Assembly: GCA_051971635.1 (NCBI GenBank)
Contig: JBFPLN010000005.1
Location: forward strand, 32,001-96,000
DNA length: 64,000 nucleotides
DNA from: Candidatus Atelocyanobacterium thalassae
GTDB taxonomy: Bacteria; Cyanobacteriota; Cyanobacteriia; Cyanobacteriales; Microcystaceae
Direction: 5' to 3'
Each line of letters opens with the position of its first letter. Position 1 is the stretch's first letter. The notes under the pieces are model-generated. The model was not told where the DNA came from, made no database searches, and was given only the letters and a program-made list of their open reading frames with translations. The position numbers and the translations under genes were made by a program. Positions 23,062-35,433 of the stretch are shown here, piece by piece.

Positions 23062-24399
23062 TTAATATTGTTTAGTCTTAGAAACAATATATTCTATTAA
23101 CTTTTGCTCGAGATATTTATAAGGTATCTTCATTAGTATTTCACGTATAAAAGCATTAACTAATAAGTGACGTGCATCAATTTCACTTAAACCTCTACTT
23201 TGTAAATAAAAAAGTTCATTAGATTCTAATTGACTAACAGTTGCGCCATGGGAACACTTCACATTATCTGCTGTGATTTGAAGTTCCGGTTTAGTATTAA
23301 TACGAGATTTGTTTGATAACAACAAATTACGATTTAGTTGTTTAGCATTAGTTATTTGAGCAGGCTTAGGTACAATAATTTTTCCGTCAAAAATTCCATG
23401 AGCTTTATCATCAACAACATATTTATGTAATTGATCAATTATGCCATTAGGATGGTTTAGGTTGATAGAAGTTTTTGTACAAGAAATTTGACTACCATTA
23501 ACAATACTCAAACCATTTAAATAACTTTCTGTTCTAGCTCCATTTTGAAAAACTTGTAAATTATTTCGACAAACTTTTGATCCTAAATCGATTTGATTTA
23601 ATGTATAAGAACTGTCTTGATTTTGAGTAATATTACTTTTGCTGATATGAAAACTTATATTTGATTCTAGTTGTATTCGACTATGGGTAACTCGCGCATT
23701 ATCTTTTAGAAAAATTTCTGTTACAGAATTAGTTAAATAAGGATTAAGCTGATCCGGATTGGAATCTAAATCTTCTATAGTTGAATAACATTCAATAAAA
23801 GATACATTAGCTCCTTTTTCTGCTATGACTAATGTACGTGGTTGTACCAATGAAGAACTACTTTGTTGAGTTGAAATAAATAATAATTGAACTGGTTCTT
23901 CAATAATAATATTTTCATTAACTATTACAATTGCTGGATTAATTAATCCTATTGTATTTAATCTACTAAATATATCTTTTTTATTTTGGTTATCCCTTAA
24001 AAGAGCATAGACTTCGTTCTTTTTCGTATCTGGCAAATTTGTTAATGTACCAATAAAAATATCATTAGGCGATAAATTAGTGTTAGATAAAGCTTCATCA
24101 TATAGACCATTTACGAATACTATACAATTTTTCTTGACTTCAGGAATAATAAGATTTTCAATACTTTTTTCTGTAACTTTTGCAGCTTTTGCTATTTCAA
24201 ACTGATATCTGTATAGTTCGCTAAGATCTGTAAATTTCCATTCTTCCTCTTGAGAGGTGGGAAAAGATAAATTTTTAATTTGTTCAAGTGAATCCTGTTT
24301 TAAACTCTGGAAATTATCAATACTCTTGATTTGGAATTGATTTAACAGGTTATCTAAATAAAATTCTTTACTTGTTGTTTCTAATGTAGAGTTTTTCAT
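23062..24399 (-). CDS. sufD: Fe-S cluster assembly protein SufD
   Basis: EEWKFTD, TKPELQITADNVKCSHGAT and FYLQSRG motifs. Confidence 0.95.
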   Translation of the reverse strand: MKNSTLETTSKEFYLDNLLNQFQIKSIDNFQSLKQDSLEQIKNLSFPTSQEEEWKFTDLSELYRYQFEIAKAAKVTEKSIENLIIPEVKKNCIVFVNGLYDEALSNTNLSPNDIFIGTLTNLPDTKKNEVYALLRDNQNKKDIFSRLNTIGLINPAIVIVNENIIIEEPVQLLFISTQQSSSSLVQPRTLVIAEKGANVSFIECYSTIEDLDSNPDQLNPYLTNSVTEIFLKDNARVTHSRIQLESNISFHISKSNITQNQDSSYTLNQIDLGSKVCRNNLQVFQNGARTESYLNGLSIVNGSQISCTKTSINLNHPNGIIDQLHKYVVDDKAHGIFDGKIIVPKPAQITNAKQLNRNLLLSNKSRINTKPELQITADNVKCSHGATVSQLESNELFYLQSRGLSEIDARHLLVNAFIREILMKIPYKYLEQKLIEYIVSKTKQY

Positions 24400-24526
24400 G
24401 CATTTAAAATCAATAATTGCAAATACCAACGATAATTTTGAATTGTAATTAAGGCTAAATAAATATTTAAAATGACTAAAGTTTTAAGATTTTAATACTT
24501 ATTAAGTATTAACTCTGTAAATAATC

Positions 24527-25297
24527 TTAAGCTGCTTTTAATAATTTTTCTTCTATAAAATCATAGCCAGTCTCTTCTAATTCTAAAGCTAATTCCTTGC
24601 CACCACTAATAACTATTTTCCCGTCATACATAACATGAATGTGATGAGGTTGAATATATGTAAGTAAACGTTGATAGTGAGTAATTAGTAAAAAAGCATT
24701 ATTAGAATGAGCTAGTTGGTTGACTCCATCAGCAACAATTCTTAAAGCATCAATATCCAGACCAGAATCAATTTCATCTAAAATAGCTAAGGTTGGTTCT
24801 AATAGAGCCATTTGAAGAATTTCGTTCCGTTTCTTTTCTCCACCAGAAAAACCTTCGTTTAGACTTCTATTGAGAAAAGCAGGATTCATCTTAACAATCT
24901 CTAGCTTCTTTTCAACTAAGTCTTCAAAATCAAAAGTATCTAGTTCTTCCAACCCTAGATGTTTTCTGCGAATATTATATGCAACTCTAAGGAAATCAAG
25001 ATTACTTACTCCAGGAATTTCTAAAGGATATTGAAAAGCTAGAAAAATTCCATCTAGTGCTCTTTCATTAGGCTCTTTTTCTAAAATATTTTGTCCTTTA
25101 TAAATTATTTCTCCTCCGGTAACTACGTAGTCAGGGTGTCCCGCGAGAATCTTTGAAAAAGTACTTTTTCCGGATCCATTTCTACCCATGATTGCATGGA
25201 TTTCTCCTGCTTTAATTTCCAAATTAACACCTTTTAATATAGGTGTTCCATCGATATTAGCAGTTAAGTTTCTAACAGATAAAATAACATTGTCCAT
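24527..25297 (-). CDS. sufC: Fe-S cluster assembly ATPase SufC
   Basis: [16 protein letters not shown] and [10 protein letters not shown] motifs. Confidence 0.97.
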   Translation of the reverse strand: MDNVILSVRNLTANIDGTPILKGVNLEIKAGEIHAIMGRNGSGKSTFSKILAGHPDYVVTGGEIIYKGQNILEKEPNERALDGIFLAFQYPLEIPGVSNLDFLRVAYNIRRKHLGLEELDTFDFEDLVEKKLEIVKMNPAFLNRSLNEGFSGGEKKRNEILQMALLEPTLAILDEIDSGLDIDALRIVADGVNQLAHSNNAFLLITHYQRLLTYIQPHHIHVMYDGKIVISGGKELALELEETGYDFIEEKLLKAA

Positions 25298-25383
25298 AAT
25301 TTTTTCTAAATACCTAATAATAAGTTAACTATGTTTAAATTAATGCCTATACTTTAAATTAACCAAATAACTACTCAATTATG

Positions 25384-26826
25384 TTAACCCACACTTCCTT
25401 CTAACTTCAGACTGAGTAGTTTATCTGCTTCAGAGGCAAATTCCATAGGTAACTCACTTAATACATCCTTGCAAAAGCCACTAACTATAATCGAAACTGC
25501 ATCCTCTTCAGGAATACCTCTTTGAGCGAAATAAAATAATTGATCTTCTCCTATCTTAGATGTAGAGGCCTCATGCTCAACTTTTGTTGTATTGTTATCT
25601 GCTTGTATATAGGGAAAAGTATTAGCTTCTGCACTGTCACCAATTAGCATGGAATCACATTGAGAGTAGTTCCTAGACCCTTGAGCTTTAGGACCCATTT
25701 TAACTAAACCTCTATAACTATTCTTGGAATTTCCTGCAGAAATTCCTTTTGAAATTATAGTACTGCGAGTATTTTTTCCAACATGTATCATTTTAGTCCC
25801 AGTATCCGCTTGTTGCTTATTATTGGTAAGCGCAATTGAATAAAATTCCCCTATAGAATTATCTCCTACTAGTACACAACTTGGATATTTCCAAGTAATA
25901 GCTGAACCTGTTTCTACTTGAGTCCAGGATATCTTAGAGTTAGCTCCTTTACAGAGACCTCTTTTCGTAACAAAATTATAAACTCCTCCTTTCCCTGTTT
26001 CATCGCCAGCGTACCAGTTTTGAACGGTAGAGTATTTAATGCTAGCATTATCTAGAGCAACAAGTTCAACTACAGCGGCATGCAGCTGATTAGTGTCATA
26101 CATTGGAGCTGTACAACCTTCTAAGTAACTAACAGAGGCTCCCTCTTCTGCTATTATGAGAGTTCTTTCAAATTGACCTGCATCTCCAGTATTAATACGA
26201 AAATATGTTGAAAGTTCCATAGGACATTCTACGCCTTTAGGAATAAAAGCAAAAGAACCATCACTAAATACAGCAGCATTTAGTGCTGAAAAGAAGTTAT
26301 CTTTGATTGGTACTACGCTTCCAAGGTACTTTTTGATGAGTTCAGGATATTGTTCTAATGCTTCAGATATAGAACAAAATATAACTCCAGATTCAGCTAG
26401 TTTTTCTTTAAAAGTTGTTCCTATTGATACACTGTCAAAAATAACATCAACAGCCACATTGCTAAGACGTTTTTGTTCTGCTAAAGGAATCCCAAGTTTA
26501 TCAAAAGTCTCCAACAATGCAGGATCAACTTCATCTAGGTTATTAAGTTTTTCTTTTTTCTGCTTTGGAGCAGAATAGTAAATGATATCTTGATAGTCAA
26601 TTTTTGGATATGTAATATGGGGCCAAGAAGGCTCAACCATTTGCTGCCATTGGCGGAAAGCTTTGAGACGAAAATCAAGCATGAAATCTGGTTCATTTTT
26701 CTTTGCTGAAATGAGGCGTACCACTTCTTCACTTAAACCACGAGGAATAGTATCAGCTTCAATGTCAGTAACAAAGCCATATTTATAGGGTTGATTGACT
26801 AGGTTCTTGACGGTTGTTGCATTCAT
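25384..26826 (-). CDS. sufB: Fe-S cluster assembly protein SufB
   Basis: [26 protein letters not shown] and EHEASTSKI motifs. Confidence 0.98.
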   Translation of the reverse strand: MNATTVKNLVNQPYKYGFVTDIEADTIPRGLSEEVVRLISAKKNEPDFMLDFRLKAFRQWQQMVEPSWPHITYPKIDYQDIIYYSAPKQKKEKLNNLDEVDPALLETFDKLGIPLAEQKRLSNVAVDVIFDSVSIGTTFKEKLAESGVIFCSISEALEQYPELIKKYLGSVVPIKDNFFSALNAAVFSDGSFAFIPKGVECPMELSTYFRINTGDAGQFERTLIIAEEGASVSYLEGCTAPMYDTNQLHAAVVELVALDNASIKYSTVQNWYAGDETGKGGVYNFVTKRGLCKGANSKISWTQVETGSAITWKYPSCVLVGDNSIGEFYSIALTNNKQQADTGTKMIHVGKNTRSTIISKGISAGNSKNSYRGLVKMGPKAQGSRNYSQCDSMLIGDSAEANTFPYIQADNNTTKVEHEASTSKIGEDQLFYFAQRGIPEEDAVSIIVSGFCKDVLSELPMEFASEADKLLSLKLEGSVG

Positions 26827-26973
26827 TAGATTTTACGTTCTCCATTTCTCTTGAATGATTCTCCCCAGCAGTGAAGAATCAAATAATTTCAGATGATTCA
26901 AAAGTGTTGATAAGATAGGTTATAAATCATAATAACCCCAGAATCTGCATTCTTTGAGCAGAAGTCAATAAAA

Positions 26974-27020
26974 CAACATTTGTGTTTATCAATTATATCT
27001 CATAGTAAACTAATTAGTTG
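26974..27020. promoter_or_regulatory. Two degenerate SufR operators (consensus CAAC-N6-GTTG)
   Basis: CAAC-ATTTGT-GTTT at 26974-26987 and AAAC-TAATTA-GTTG at 27007-27020, each one mismatch from consensus, between sufB and the sufR relic. Confidence 0.55.
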
Positions 27021-27121
27021 ATAAAGTGTTACCTCTCTAAGCTATCTAGTATAGTGCTTCCAAATCTTTGCAATTCATATACTCAGCAATCATCAGAAAA
27101 ACAATTGTATAGCTTCTTTTG

Positions 27122-27244
27122 ATAAAATAAGTTATTTTGTTATATCTGCTAAAAGAAAATGAAATTACTATTAAAAAACTTGCAAAAGTACTTAGTAGAA
27201 GGCTTAAAACAACTCATAATTGTTTGAAAAATAAAATTGATTAA
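27122..27244 (+). pseudogene. sufR: sufR pseudogene (relic of the N-terminal HTH)
   Basis: Reads IK*VILLYLLKENEITIKKLAKVLSRRLKTTHNCLKNKID*, resembling SufR TKQDIL.YLLKQG.AT...LA..L.IS.QA.RRHLK; divergent from sufB, the canonical position. Confidence 0.7.
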
Positions 27245-27590
27245 ATATTAATTATTTTAGAAAAATTATAATATGTTTATTTGCCTAATTAAGTTGAAAC
27301 ATAGCTATTCTTTAAATTAGAATACTCAAATACTATATAAAAAGGGCTTATTAAATTAATACTTAAATTAGTATCGCCATAGACATTTAATCAAAATTGA
27401 AAATTTTGGATTTAATGTTAAATTTTATTAATCCATAATTTTTCCACATAGACTTAGTTCCTGCGTAGTCAAAAATATAGTTAAAACGATATATCTTTGT
27501 TTCCATAGAGTTTTTTATTTATAAAAGACTAAAGATATGTTATGATACTAGATGCATACGTGTAAGACTTGTATAAAAGTCTACTTTATC

Positions 27591-27663
27591 GCTTCCTTAG
27601 CTCAGTTGGTAGAGCAACTCACTTGTAATGAGTAGGTCGTCGGTTCAAGTCCGACAGGGAGCT
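27591..27663 (+). tRNA. trnT: tRNA-Thr(UGU)
   Basis: Cloverleaf with acceptor GCTTCCT/AGGGAGC, anticodon loop CT-TGT-AA and GGTTCAAGTCC T-arm; CCA not encoded. Confidence 0.97.
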
Positions 27664-27672
27664 TCACTAGGT

Positions 27673-27712
27673 AAAGATACTAATTAAAATTATTATTTTA
27701 ATTAGTATCTTT
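27673..27712 (+). terminator. Terminator hairpin after tRNA-Thr
   Basis: Perfect 18-bp arms AAAGATACTAATTAAAAT / ATTTTAATTAGTATCTTT, 4-nt loop, T-run follows. Confidence 0.7.
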
Positions 27713-27857
27713 TTGTTATGAGCAATAATGTCTCCATATATATACAATAATTTAGTAATCTATTCTATATTCAAATCAATAGTTGAAAATCTATATCTTA
27801 TATTTATAAAGATATGAGACAACAGTCAGGAAGTAACGTTAATTAAAAAAATATCTT

Positions 27858-30656
27858 ATGTTTAAAACTTTATTTGGTGATCCCAATACTAGAAAAATTA
27901 AAAAATTTCAGCCAATTGTAACGGAAATTAATTCGTTGGAAACAGATATCCATAAATTATCTGATCAACAACTTAAATACAAGACAGATGCATTCAGGGA
28001 AGTACTAGATACAGCTAGTAGTGATGAAGAGTTAAGAAATATCTTGGACGAAATTCTTCCAGAAGCTTTTGCTGTTGTAAGAGAAGCAAGTATTCGTGTT
28101 TTGGGGATGCGCCATTTTGATGTACAACTTCTTGGTGGTATGGTTCTTCACAAAGGACAGATCGCAGAAATGAAAACTGGGGAAGGGAAAACTCTTGTCG
28201 CAACATTACCTGCTTATTTAAACGGACTAACTAAAAAAGGCGTTCATATTGTCACTGTTAATGATTATCTGGCTCGTAGAGATGCAGAATGGATGGGACA
28301 AGTTCATCGCTTTCTTGGATTAAGTGTTGGACTTATTCAGTCAGGTATGAATCCTGAAGAACGTAGAAGGAATTACTCTTGTGACATAACCTATACTACA
28401 AATAGTGAGTTAGGATTTGATTACCTACGAGATAATATGGCTACATCTATGGCTGAAGTCGTACAGCGCCCCCCATACTATTGTATTATCGATGAAGTTG
28501 ATTCCATATTGATAGATGAGGCTCGTACTCCACTCATAATATCTGGACAGGTAGAGAGACCAACAGAAAAATATCTTAAAGCTACTGAGATTGCAAAACA
28601 TCTTGAAAAGCAAAATTCTGAAGACGATCCAAAAGAATACGAAGTAGATGAAAAAGCTCGCAATGTTTTAATGACTGATCAAGGCTTTGAAAGGGCTGAG
28701 AAATTATTAGGAGTTCAAGACTTATATGATCAAGAAAATCCTTGGGCTCACTATATTTTTAACGCTATTAAGGCTAAAGAATTATTTATTAAAGATGTCA
28801 ATTACATAGTTAAAAACCAAGAAGTTGTTATTGTTGATGAGTTTACTGGACGTGTTTTGGCTGGTAGACGTTGGAGTGATGGTCTTCACCAAGCGATTGA
28901 AGCTAAAGAAGAAGTTCCTATTCAAAAAGAGACACAAACTTTAGCTACCATTACTTACCAGAACTTTTTTCTATTATATAATCAACTTTCAGGAATGACT
29001 GGGACTGCTAAGACAGAAGAAACAGAATTAGAAAAAGTCTATAATCTTCAAGTTACTATTATTCCTACTAATAGACCTTCTCAACGCTACGATAATCCAG
29101 ATGTAGTATATAAGACGGAAATAGCTAAGTGGAAAGCTGTAGCACAAGAAGTTGAAGAATTTTATAAAGTGGGACGTCCTATTTTAGTTGGCACAACTAG
29201 TGTTGAAAAGTCGGATATAATATCTGCTTTACTTCAGGAAAAAAATATTCCTCATAATATTCTTAACGCTAGACCAGAGAACGTAGAAAGAGAGTCAGAA
29301 ATTGTTGCACAAGCCGGTCGAAAAGGAGCAGTTACGATTGCTACCAATATGGCAGGACGAGGAACAGATATTATCTTAGGCGGAAATTCAGATTATATGG
29401 CACGCCTTAAGATTAGAGAATATTTAATGCCTCAAGTTGTCATACCTGAAGATAGCAAGTTAATAGAATCGATAAAGATTAGTAATTCTCGTTCTCAAGG
29501 TTTTGGACAAGAGCAAAATAAAAAAAGATGGAAACCATCAGCTGATATTTTTCCTACTCAGCTTTCAGAAAAAACACAAGAATTGATTAAAAATGTAGTA
29601 AAGTTTGCTGTTGATAAATATGGATTACAAAGTATTTCAGAATTAGAAGCAGAGGAGAAAATTGCTATTGCTTCTGAAAATGCACCTACTGAAGATGTTG
29701 TTGTTCTTGAGCTAAGAGAAGTTTATAAACTCATACGTCAGGAGTATGATGTATATACGAATGCGGAACATGATGAAGTAGTTGAGCTGGGAGGATTATA
29801 CGTAATGGCTACAGAGCGTCATGAATCTCGTCGAGTTGACAATCAATTAAGAGGAAGATCTGGCAGACAAGGGGATCCTGGAACAACTAAGTTTTTTTTG
29901 AGCCTGGAAGATAACTTATTGAGGATATTTGGTGGAGATCGCGTTGCAGGACTGATGAATGCTTTTCGAGTTGAGGAAGAAATGCCTATTGAATCAAAAA
30001 TGTTGACTCGTTCTTTAGAAGGAGCTCAAAAAAAGGTAGAGACCTTTTATTACGATACTCGAAAACAAGTTTTTGAATATGACGAAGTAATGAATAATCA
30101 GAGACGAGCTATTTATGCTGAACGTCGTCGTGTATTAGAAGGTTTAGATCTAAAGGAACAGGTTTTGCAATATGCAGAAAAAACTATGGATGAGATTGTT
30201 GATGCTTACGTTAATCCAGAACTTCCTCCCGAAGAATGGGATGTAAAGAACTTAGTAAATAAGATCAAAGAGTTTGTCTATTTGTTAAAAGATATTGTTG
30301 CGGAAGATATGGAAGAAATGAATGTTGGAGATATGAAGATTTTCCTTCATGAAGAAGTTCGTAAAGCTTATGACATGAAAGAAGATCAGGTAGATAAAAT
30401 ACGGCCTGGTTTAATGAGAGAAGCAGAAAGATTTTTTATATTACAACAAATCGATACATTATGGCGTGAGCACTTACAGTCTATGGACGCCTTAAGAGAA
30501 TCTATTGGATTAAGAGGCTATGGGCAAAAGGATCCCCTTATTGAATATAAGCAAGAAGGCTATGAAATGTTTCTAGAAATGATGATCGATATTCGAAGAA
30601 ATGTTGTTTATTCTTTATTCCAATTTCAGCCTCAAGAACAACCTTCAACACTATAA
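27858..30656 (+). CDS. secA: Preprotein translocase subunit SecA
   Basis: [36 protein letters not shown] and [13 protein letters not shown] motifs. Confidence 0.99.
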   Translation: MFKTLFGDPNTRKIKKFQPIVTEINSLETDIHKLSDQQLKYKTDAFREVLDTASSDEELRNILDEILPEAFAVVREASIRVLGMRHFDVQLLGGMVLHKGQIAEMKTGEGKTLVATLPAYLNGLTKKGVHIVTVNDYLARRDAEWMGQVHRFLGLSVGLIQSGMNPEERRRNYSCDITYTTNSELGFDYLRDNMATSMAEVVQRPPYYCIIDEVDSILIDEARTPLIISGQVERPTEKYLKATEIAKHLEKQNSEDDPKEYEVDEKARNVLMTDQGFERAEKLLGVQDLYDQENPWAHYIFNAIKAKELFIKDVNYIVKNQEVVIVDEFTGRVLAGRRWSDGLHQAIEAKEEVPIQKETQTLATITYQNFFLLYNQLSGMTGTAKTEETELEKVYNLQVTIIPTNRPSQRYDNPDVVYKTEIAKWKAVAQEVEEFYKVGRPILVGTTSVEKSDIISALLQEKNIPHNILNARPENVERESEIVAQAGRKGAVTIATNMAGRGTDIILGGNSDYMARLKIREYLMPQVVIPEDSKLIESIKISNSRSQGFGQEQNKKRWKPSADIFPTQLSEKTQELIKNVVKFAVDKYGLQSISELEAEEKIAIASENAPTEDVVVLELREVYKLIRQEYDVYTNAEHDEVVELGGLYVMATERHESRRVDNQLRGRSGRQGDPGTTKFFLSLEDNLLRIFGGDRVAGLMNAFRVEEEMPIESKMLTRSLEGAQKKVETFYYDTRKQVFEYDEVMNNQRRAIYAERRRVLEGLDLKEQVLQYAEKTMDEIVDAYVNPELPPEEWDVKNLVNKIKEFVYLLKDIVAEDMEEMNVGDMKIFLHEEVRKAYDMKEDQVDKIRPGLMREAERFFILQQIDTLWREHLQSMDALRESIGLRGYGQKDPLIEYKQEGYEMFLEMMIDIRRNVVYSLFQFQPQEQPSTL

Positions 30657-30682
30657 TCAAGAGGTTTGGTAGCTACATAAAA

Positions 30683-30767
30683 CGGAGAGGGTGGGATTCG
30701 AACCCACGTTGGCTTTCACCAAACCCGATTTCAAGTCGGGCGCATTCGACCACTCTGCCACCTCTCC
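30683..30767 (-). tRNA. trnS: tRNA-Ser(UGA)
   Basis: Minus strand GGAGAGGTGGCAGAGTGG...CT-TGA-AA, long variable arm, GGTTCGAATCC...CCTCTCCG; CCA not encoded. Confidence 0.97.
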
Positions 30768-31318
30768 ATGTTCTCAGGAACAATACACTAACATATAACT
30801 AGCGTAAGCACCTAATATAACATAGCAATTAATCTTTGTAAAAAAAAATATACAAAAACTAGGATTATATTAATATATGGAATCAAAATCAAAAAAATTA
30901 GTTTAAATAGATAAGGAAATATCTGTTTAAGCTAATTAAATAAATTTTACTTTAGATGATTTTGACATATTTCTTGTATGGTCTTCTATTTTACAAATAT
31001 CTCATAATATATGTTTTGTTACGAGGTAACTCACAAAATGATTCCTTATGAAACTAGTTTTTTAGAAAGATTACCTTAGACTAGATTGTTACGTATTATT
31101 TATATCAGAGAATTATTTGCAAAAAATCTTAACATATCGATTTTATTATTAATAAATAATCCTTAAGAATATCTTTCTTGAAAAGAGAAATATAGTTAGG
31201 TTATTAGTTAATAAGTTACACATAGTAATAACCAAAATGTACAAACGCTATCTATACTTGTGAATACTAAATATCAAGACATAAGTATGCCGTTTACCAA
31301 TAAATATGTATTTTATAG

Positions 31319-32929
31319 ATGACCTTAAAAAAAGTAAAACCTAAAAAATTTGTTTTAACTACCCCTTTGTATTACGCTAACGACTTACCACATGTCGGTA
31401 GTGCTTATACAACGATGATAGCCGATGTTATTAGTCGTCATAAAAAACTTAAAGGCCAAGAAGCTCTTCTTATTACGGGAACTGATGAACATGGTCAAAA
31501 GATAGAAAGAAACGCTGAAGCAAATGGTTTACCTGCACAGGAGCATTGTGATCGTATTGTCGATAGTTTTAAAATATTGTGGGACAAATTAGATATACAA
31601 TATGACCGCTTTAGTCGTACAACAGACTATCGGCATCAAAAAATTGTTTATGAATTTTTTCAACGTGTTTGGGATAATGGTGACATTTATCTTTCTAGAA
31701 AACAAGGATGGTATTGTGTCGCTTGTGAAGAGTTTAAGGAAGAAAGAGAATTATCAGAAGATGGCTGTTGCCCTATACATTTTAATAAAAAAGTAGAATG
31801 GTATGATGAAGAGAACTACTTCTTTAGATTGTCTAAATATCAATCACAACTGGAAGAGATATATAAAAGCAATCCTAATTTTATTCAACCAGTAAGTTGT
31901 CGTAATGAAATTTTAAACTTTGTTAGCCAAGGACTTAAAGATTTTTCTATCTCTAGAGTCAATGTAAAATGGGGGTTTGCTATTCCTAATGATCCGAACC
32001 ATACCATTTATGTTTGGTTTGATGCTCTTTTAGGTTATATCACTGCTTTATTAGAATCAGAATCAAAAGATTTGACACTCGATAGTGCTATTTCTCAAGG
32101 ATGGCCTATTGACTTACATTTAATAGGGAAGGATATTTTACGATTTCACGCAATTTACTGGCCAGCTATGCTCATGTCAGCAAAGCTATCTCTACCTAAG
32201 TGTATTTTTGGTCACGGATTTTTAACAAAAGATGGCCAAAAAATGGGGAAAAGTTCAGGTAATACTTTAAACCCATTCGAATTAGCTGATAAATATGGTT
32301 CTGATCCGATACGCTACTATTTTCTAAAAGAGATAGAATGTGGAAAAGATGGTGATTTCAATGAAACTCGCTTTGTAAACACTGTTAATGCTGATCTTGC
32401 TGATGATTTAGGAAATCTTCTAAATCGTACCTTGGGAATGGCTCAGAAATATTGTGAAGGACTTCTACCTTCATTAACTGGAAAAGATTTGCCTCAAGAA
32501 CATCCACTTAAAAAGATAGGATTAGATCTAGGAGAAAATGTAATTAAAACTTATGATGATCTTAAATTTAACGAGGGATGCGAAAAAATTTTCATCTTGA
32601 TCAGAGCAAGTAATAAATTTATTGATGAGCAAGCCCCTTGGACTTTGTTTAAGAAAGGAGAACACGAAGAAATGAAAAAGGTTTTATATGGAGTGTTAGA
32701 ATCGGTTCGTCTTGCTGCTTATTTATTAGCTCCAATTATTCCGGGACTTAGCAGCAAAATTTATAAACAACTTGGTTTTTCAGTTGATTTTAATCAGGTT
32801 GAATATTTAGAGGAAATTATTCCTTTTGAGAAACATAGTCAATGGGGACAATTAGCTCATAACAAACCTTTATCTAAACCTCAACCTATTTTTGCTAAAC
32901 TTGAAATCTCTTTAAAGAACAACTTTTAG
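31319..32929 (+). CDS. metG: Methionine--tRNA ligase
   Basis: HVGS (HIGH-like), GTDEHGQK, YVWFDAL, GKDILRFH and KMGKS motifs. Confidence 0.98.
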   Translation: MTLKKVKPKKFVLTTPLYYANDLPHVGSAYTTMIADVISRHKKLKGQEALLITGTDEHGQKIERNAEANGLPAQEHCDRIVDSFKILWDKLDIQYDRFSRTTDYRHQKIVYEFFQRVWDNGDIYLSRKQGWYCVACEEFKEERELSEDGCCPIHFNKKVEWYDEENYFFRLSKYQSQLEEIYKSNPNFIQPVSCRNEILNFVSQGLKDFSISRVNVKWGFAIPNDPNHTIYVWFDALLGYITALLESESKDLTLDSAISQGWPIDLHLIGKDILRFHAIYWPAMLMSAKLSLPKCIFGHGFLTKDGQKMGKSSGNTLNPFELADKYGSDPIRYYFLKEIECGKDGDFNETRFVNTVNADLADDLGNLLNRTLGMAQKYCEGLLPSLTGKDLPQEHPLKKIGLDLGENVIKTYDDLKFNEGCEKIFILIRASNKFIDEQAPWTLFKKGEHEEMKKVLYGVLESVRLAAYLLAPIIPGLSSKIYKQLGFSVDFNQVEYLEEIIPFEKHSQWGQLAHNKPLSKPQPIFAKLEISLKNNF

Positions 32930-33058
32930 AAACTAAGGAAAATTAAAATTTTTCTATTTTTTATTTAAAAAACCGACATAACGATGAAATACAAAACTGA
33001 GCTTACAAACAACTTTCATAATTCGACCTTTTTTGATGATCAGAGAGGTATAACAACA

Positions 33059-33664
33059 ATGTATGATGACTTTGAAGATGATTTACTTTTTACTCCTGAA
33101 CAGATGCTGGAAAATAGAGGAAGAGTTGCTATCTTTATTGATGGTTCTAATCTGTTTTATGCAGCGTTGCAGTTAGGTATTGAAATCGATTATACCAGGC
33201 TTCTTTATCGCTTAACTGAAGGTTCACGTCTCCTTAGAGCTTTTTTCTACACTGGTGTGGATCGAACTAATGAAAAACAGCAAGGTTTCTTATTATGGAT
33301 GAGAAGAAACGGCTATCGCGTTATTGCAAAAGATCTTGTTCAACTTCCAGATGGATCAAAAAAAGCTAACTTAGACGTAGAAATTGCTGTTGATCTTATG
33401 GCACTAGTTGGTTCCTACGATACAGCAATAATTGTCAGCGGAGATGGAGACTTAGCCTATGCTGCAAATTCTGTGAGTTATCGTGGAGCAAGAGTGGAAG
33501 TTGTTAGTTTACGATCTATGACTAGTGATAGCTTAATTAATGTCGCAGATCACTATATTGATCTTGATCAAATTAAAGAAGATATTCAGAAAACTCCTAG
33601 AACTAATCTAGCTTATAATAGTTACTCTACTGTTGGAATACTTGAACAAAATAAACCACGTTAA
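33059..33664 (+). CDS. NYN-domain protein (LabA/DUF88 family)
   Basis: IFIDGSN, KANLDVEIAVD and IVSGDGD motifs; ATG at 33059 follows a GAGAGG SD. Confidence 0.9.
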   Translation: MYDDFEDDLLFTPEQMLENRGRVAIFIDGSNLFYAALQLGIEIDYTRLLYRLTEGSRLLRAFFYTGVDRTNEKQQGFLLWMRRNGYRVIAKDLVQLPDGSKKANLDVEIAVDLMALVGSYDTAIIVSGDGDLAYAANSVSYRGARVEVVSLRSMTSDSLINVADHYIDLDQIKEDIQKTPRTNLAYNSYSTVGILEQNKPR

Positions 33665-33716
33665 TATTCACGTTAATATTAAAGTAGAAAAAATATTCGA
33701 TTATCATTAAAGGGTA

Positions 33717-34892
33717 ATGGATCAAAAGCATAGAAATCGACAACAGCATTCTCTACAACTAAAATTAATTAGGAAGGGAATGCTGCTGCTATTATTAAGT
33801 TTACTTGCTTGTCAGGTAGAAGAGAAAACTAACACAAATACAAATACTTTAGAAAAAGTAAAAGAAGAAACTAATTTAAATCTCCAAAATGCTACTTTAG
33901 AGCAATCTGATGCTGATGGAAAATTACTCTGGAAAATACAGGTAGATGAAGCCAGATACAGCCCAGATCGTGAAAAAGCAACTCTAACTGCTGTCAAAGG
34001 CAATATCTTTGAGAATGGGACCCTTGTTTTACAAATTAAAGCAGATTATGGAGAAATCCATGGTAATGGAACTAAAATCTTTTTAAGAAATAATGTTTTA
34101 GCAATTGATCCAAGAAATCAAATGGTTATTCGTAGTGAAGAAATAGAATGGCAACCACATGAATCGCTTTTGACAATGCGTAAAGACTTACAAGGTTTTC
34201 ATCCTCAGTTAGAAGTTTCTGCAAATGAAGGTAAATACTATACACATAAACAAAAACTTGAATTAGAGGGGAAAATTGAAGCTATATCGAAACACAAGAA
34301 AATAAAGATGAATACAGAACATTTGTTTTGGGAAATTCAAAAACAAATGGTAACCAGCAATAAAATGTCAAACATTGTAAGATTTGAAGGCGATATTATA
34401 ACTGCTAATTTAGTAGCTCAAAAGGCAGTTATACATTTAAATAAACATCATATTCTTGTTAGGGATAATATTGAATATAAATCTGTGCAACCGCCTCTTC
34501 AAGTGTCAGCAAGTACAATTTTATGGAATTATAAAACTCATCAATTATTTTCTGATGAACCAGTTCAGTTAGTTCAATATAAAGAAAATATTACCCTTAT
34601 TGGTAATAAAGCACATATCGATCTAGATAATAATATTGCTTATCTTAAAGGTAAGGTTAAAGGAATAAATAAAAATAATCAAAGTATTTTAGAAGCTAAT
34701 AACTTAACTTGGTATATTCTCAACCAAAATATTGAAGCAATAGGCAGTGTCTTTTATCGTCAAGACAAAAATCCGAAATTCACTTTAGCTGGAGATAAAG
34801 CCGTTGGAAGCTTAAAAGAAAATACTATAGTTGTAACTAATAGTGATGAAAAAGAACGAGTCGTTACTGAGTTTTTTACAAATCCAAAATAA
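33717..34892 (+). CDS. lptC: LPS export ABC transporter periplasmic protein LptC (cyanobacterial long form)
   Basis: Lipoprotein-like LLSLLAC, then NATLEQSDADGKLLWKI and repeated beta-jellyroll-like segments; metG-NYN-lptC synteny. Confidence 0.75.
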   Translation: MDQKHRNRQQHSLQLKLIRKGMLLLLLSLLACQVEEKTNTNTNTLEKVKEETNLNLQNATLEQSDADGKLLWKIQVDEARYSPDREKATLTAVKGNIFENGTLVLQIKADYGEIHGNGTKIFLRNNVLAIDPRNQMVIRSEEIEWQPHESLLTMRKDLQGFHPQLEVSANEGKYYTHKQKLELEGKIEAISKHKKIKMNTEHLFWEIQKQMVTSNKMSNIVRFEGDIITANLVAQKAVIHLNKHHILVRDNIEYKSVQPPLQVSASTILWNYKTHQLFSDEPVQLVQYKENITLIGNKAHIDLDNNIAYLKGKVKGINKNNQSILEANNLTWYILNQNIEAIGSVFYRQDKNPKFTLAGDKAVGSLKENTIVVTNSDEKERVVTEFFTNPK

Positions 34893-35433
34893 ACTTACTA
34901 GTAAAACTTATAGCATCTAAATAATATAAATTATCATAAAGACTACTAGTTAACTATTTAATAGCAGTAAATAATGATGTTCATTTAAAAATGATAAAAT
35001 CATACTTATTTAGATATTAAATATAGTCTTAATTAAGAAAAGATTGTTTTTTTATTTTTAAAATATAGAGTGAATAGACTATTAGCGCTAATAATTTATG
35101 ATGTTTACAACAAAAACAATTATATTAGAGCTACTAAAAAACCAGTAACAAAAATAATGATAGGTTTCTCATTACTTAAATATGACCATTATATTTCCCA
35201 TTATCAAATAAAATTGTTTAAAAGTTAAATTTTTAAATATACTTTTTTAATACTGATAGTCTTATATGTATAGATAAAGTTAATATAATTCAAATTTCTA
35301 ATATTGAGCTTTTAAAGTTAATTATTTTCTATGCTAAGATGCATATTAAATTAAATAGTAAAATCTCATATATTATTTTCGTTTATCTACAATATATATC
35401 TATTTATGAAAAAAATTGCTCTTATAGATAAAA

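Noticed and set aside
27591..31318. tRNA genes as possible island integration sites
   Set aside because: No integrase, no duplicated tRNA 3' end, and the flanks are core genes.
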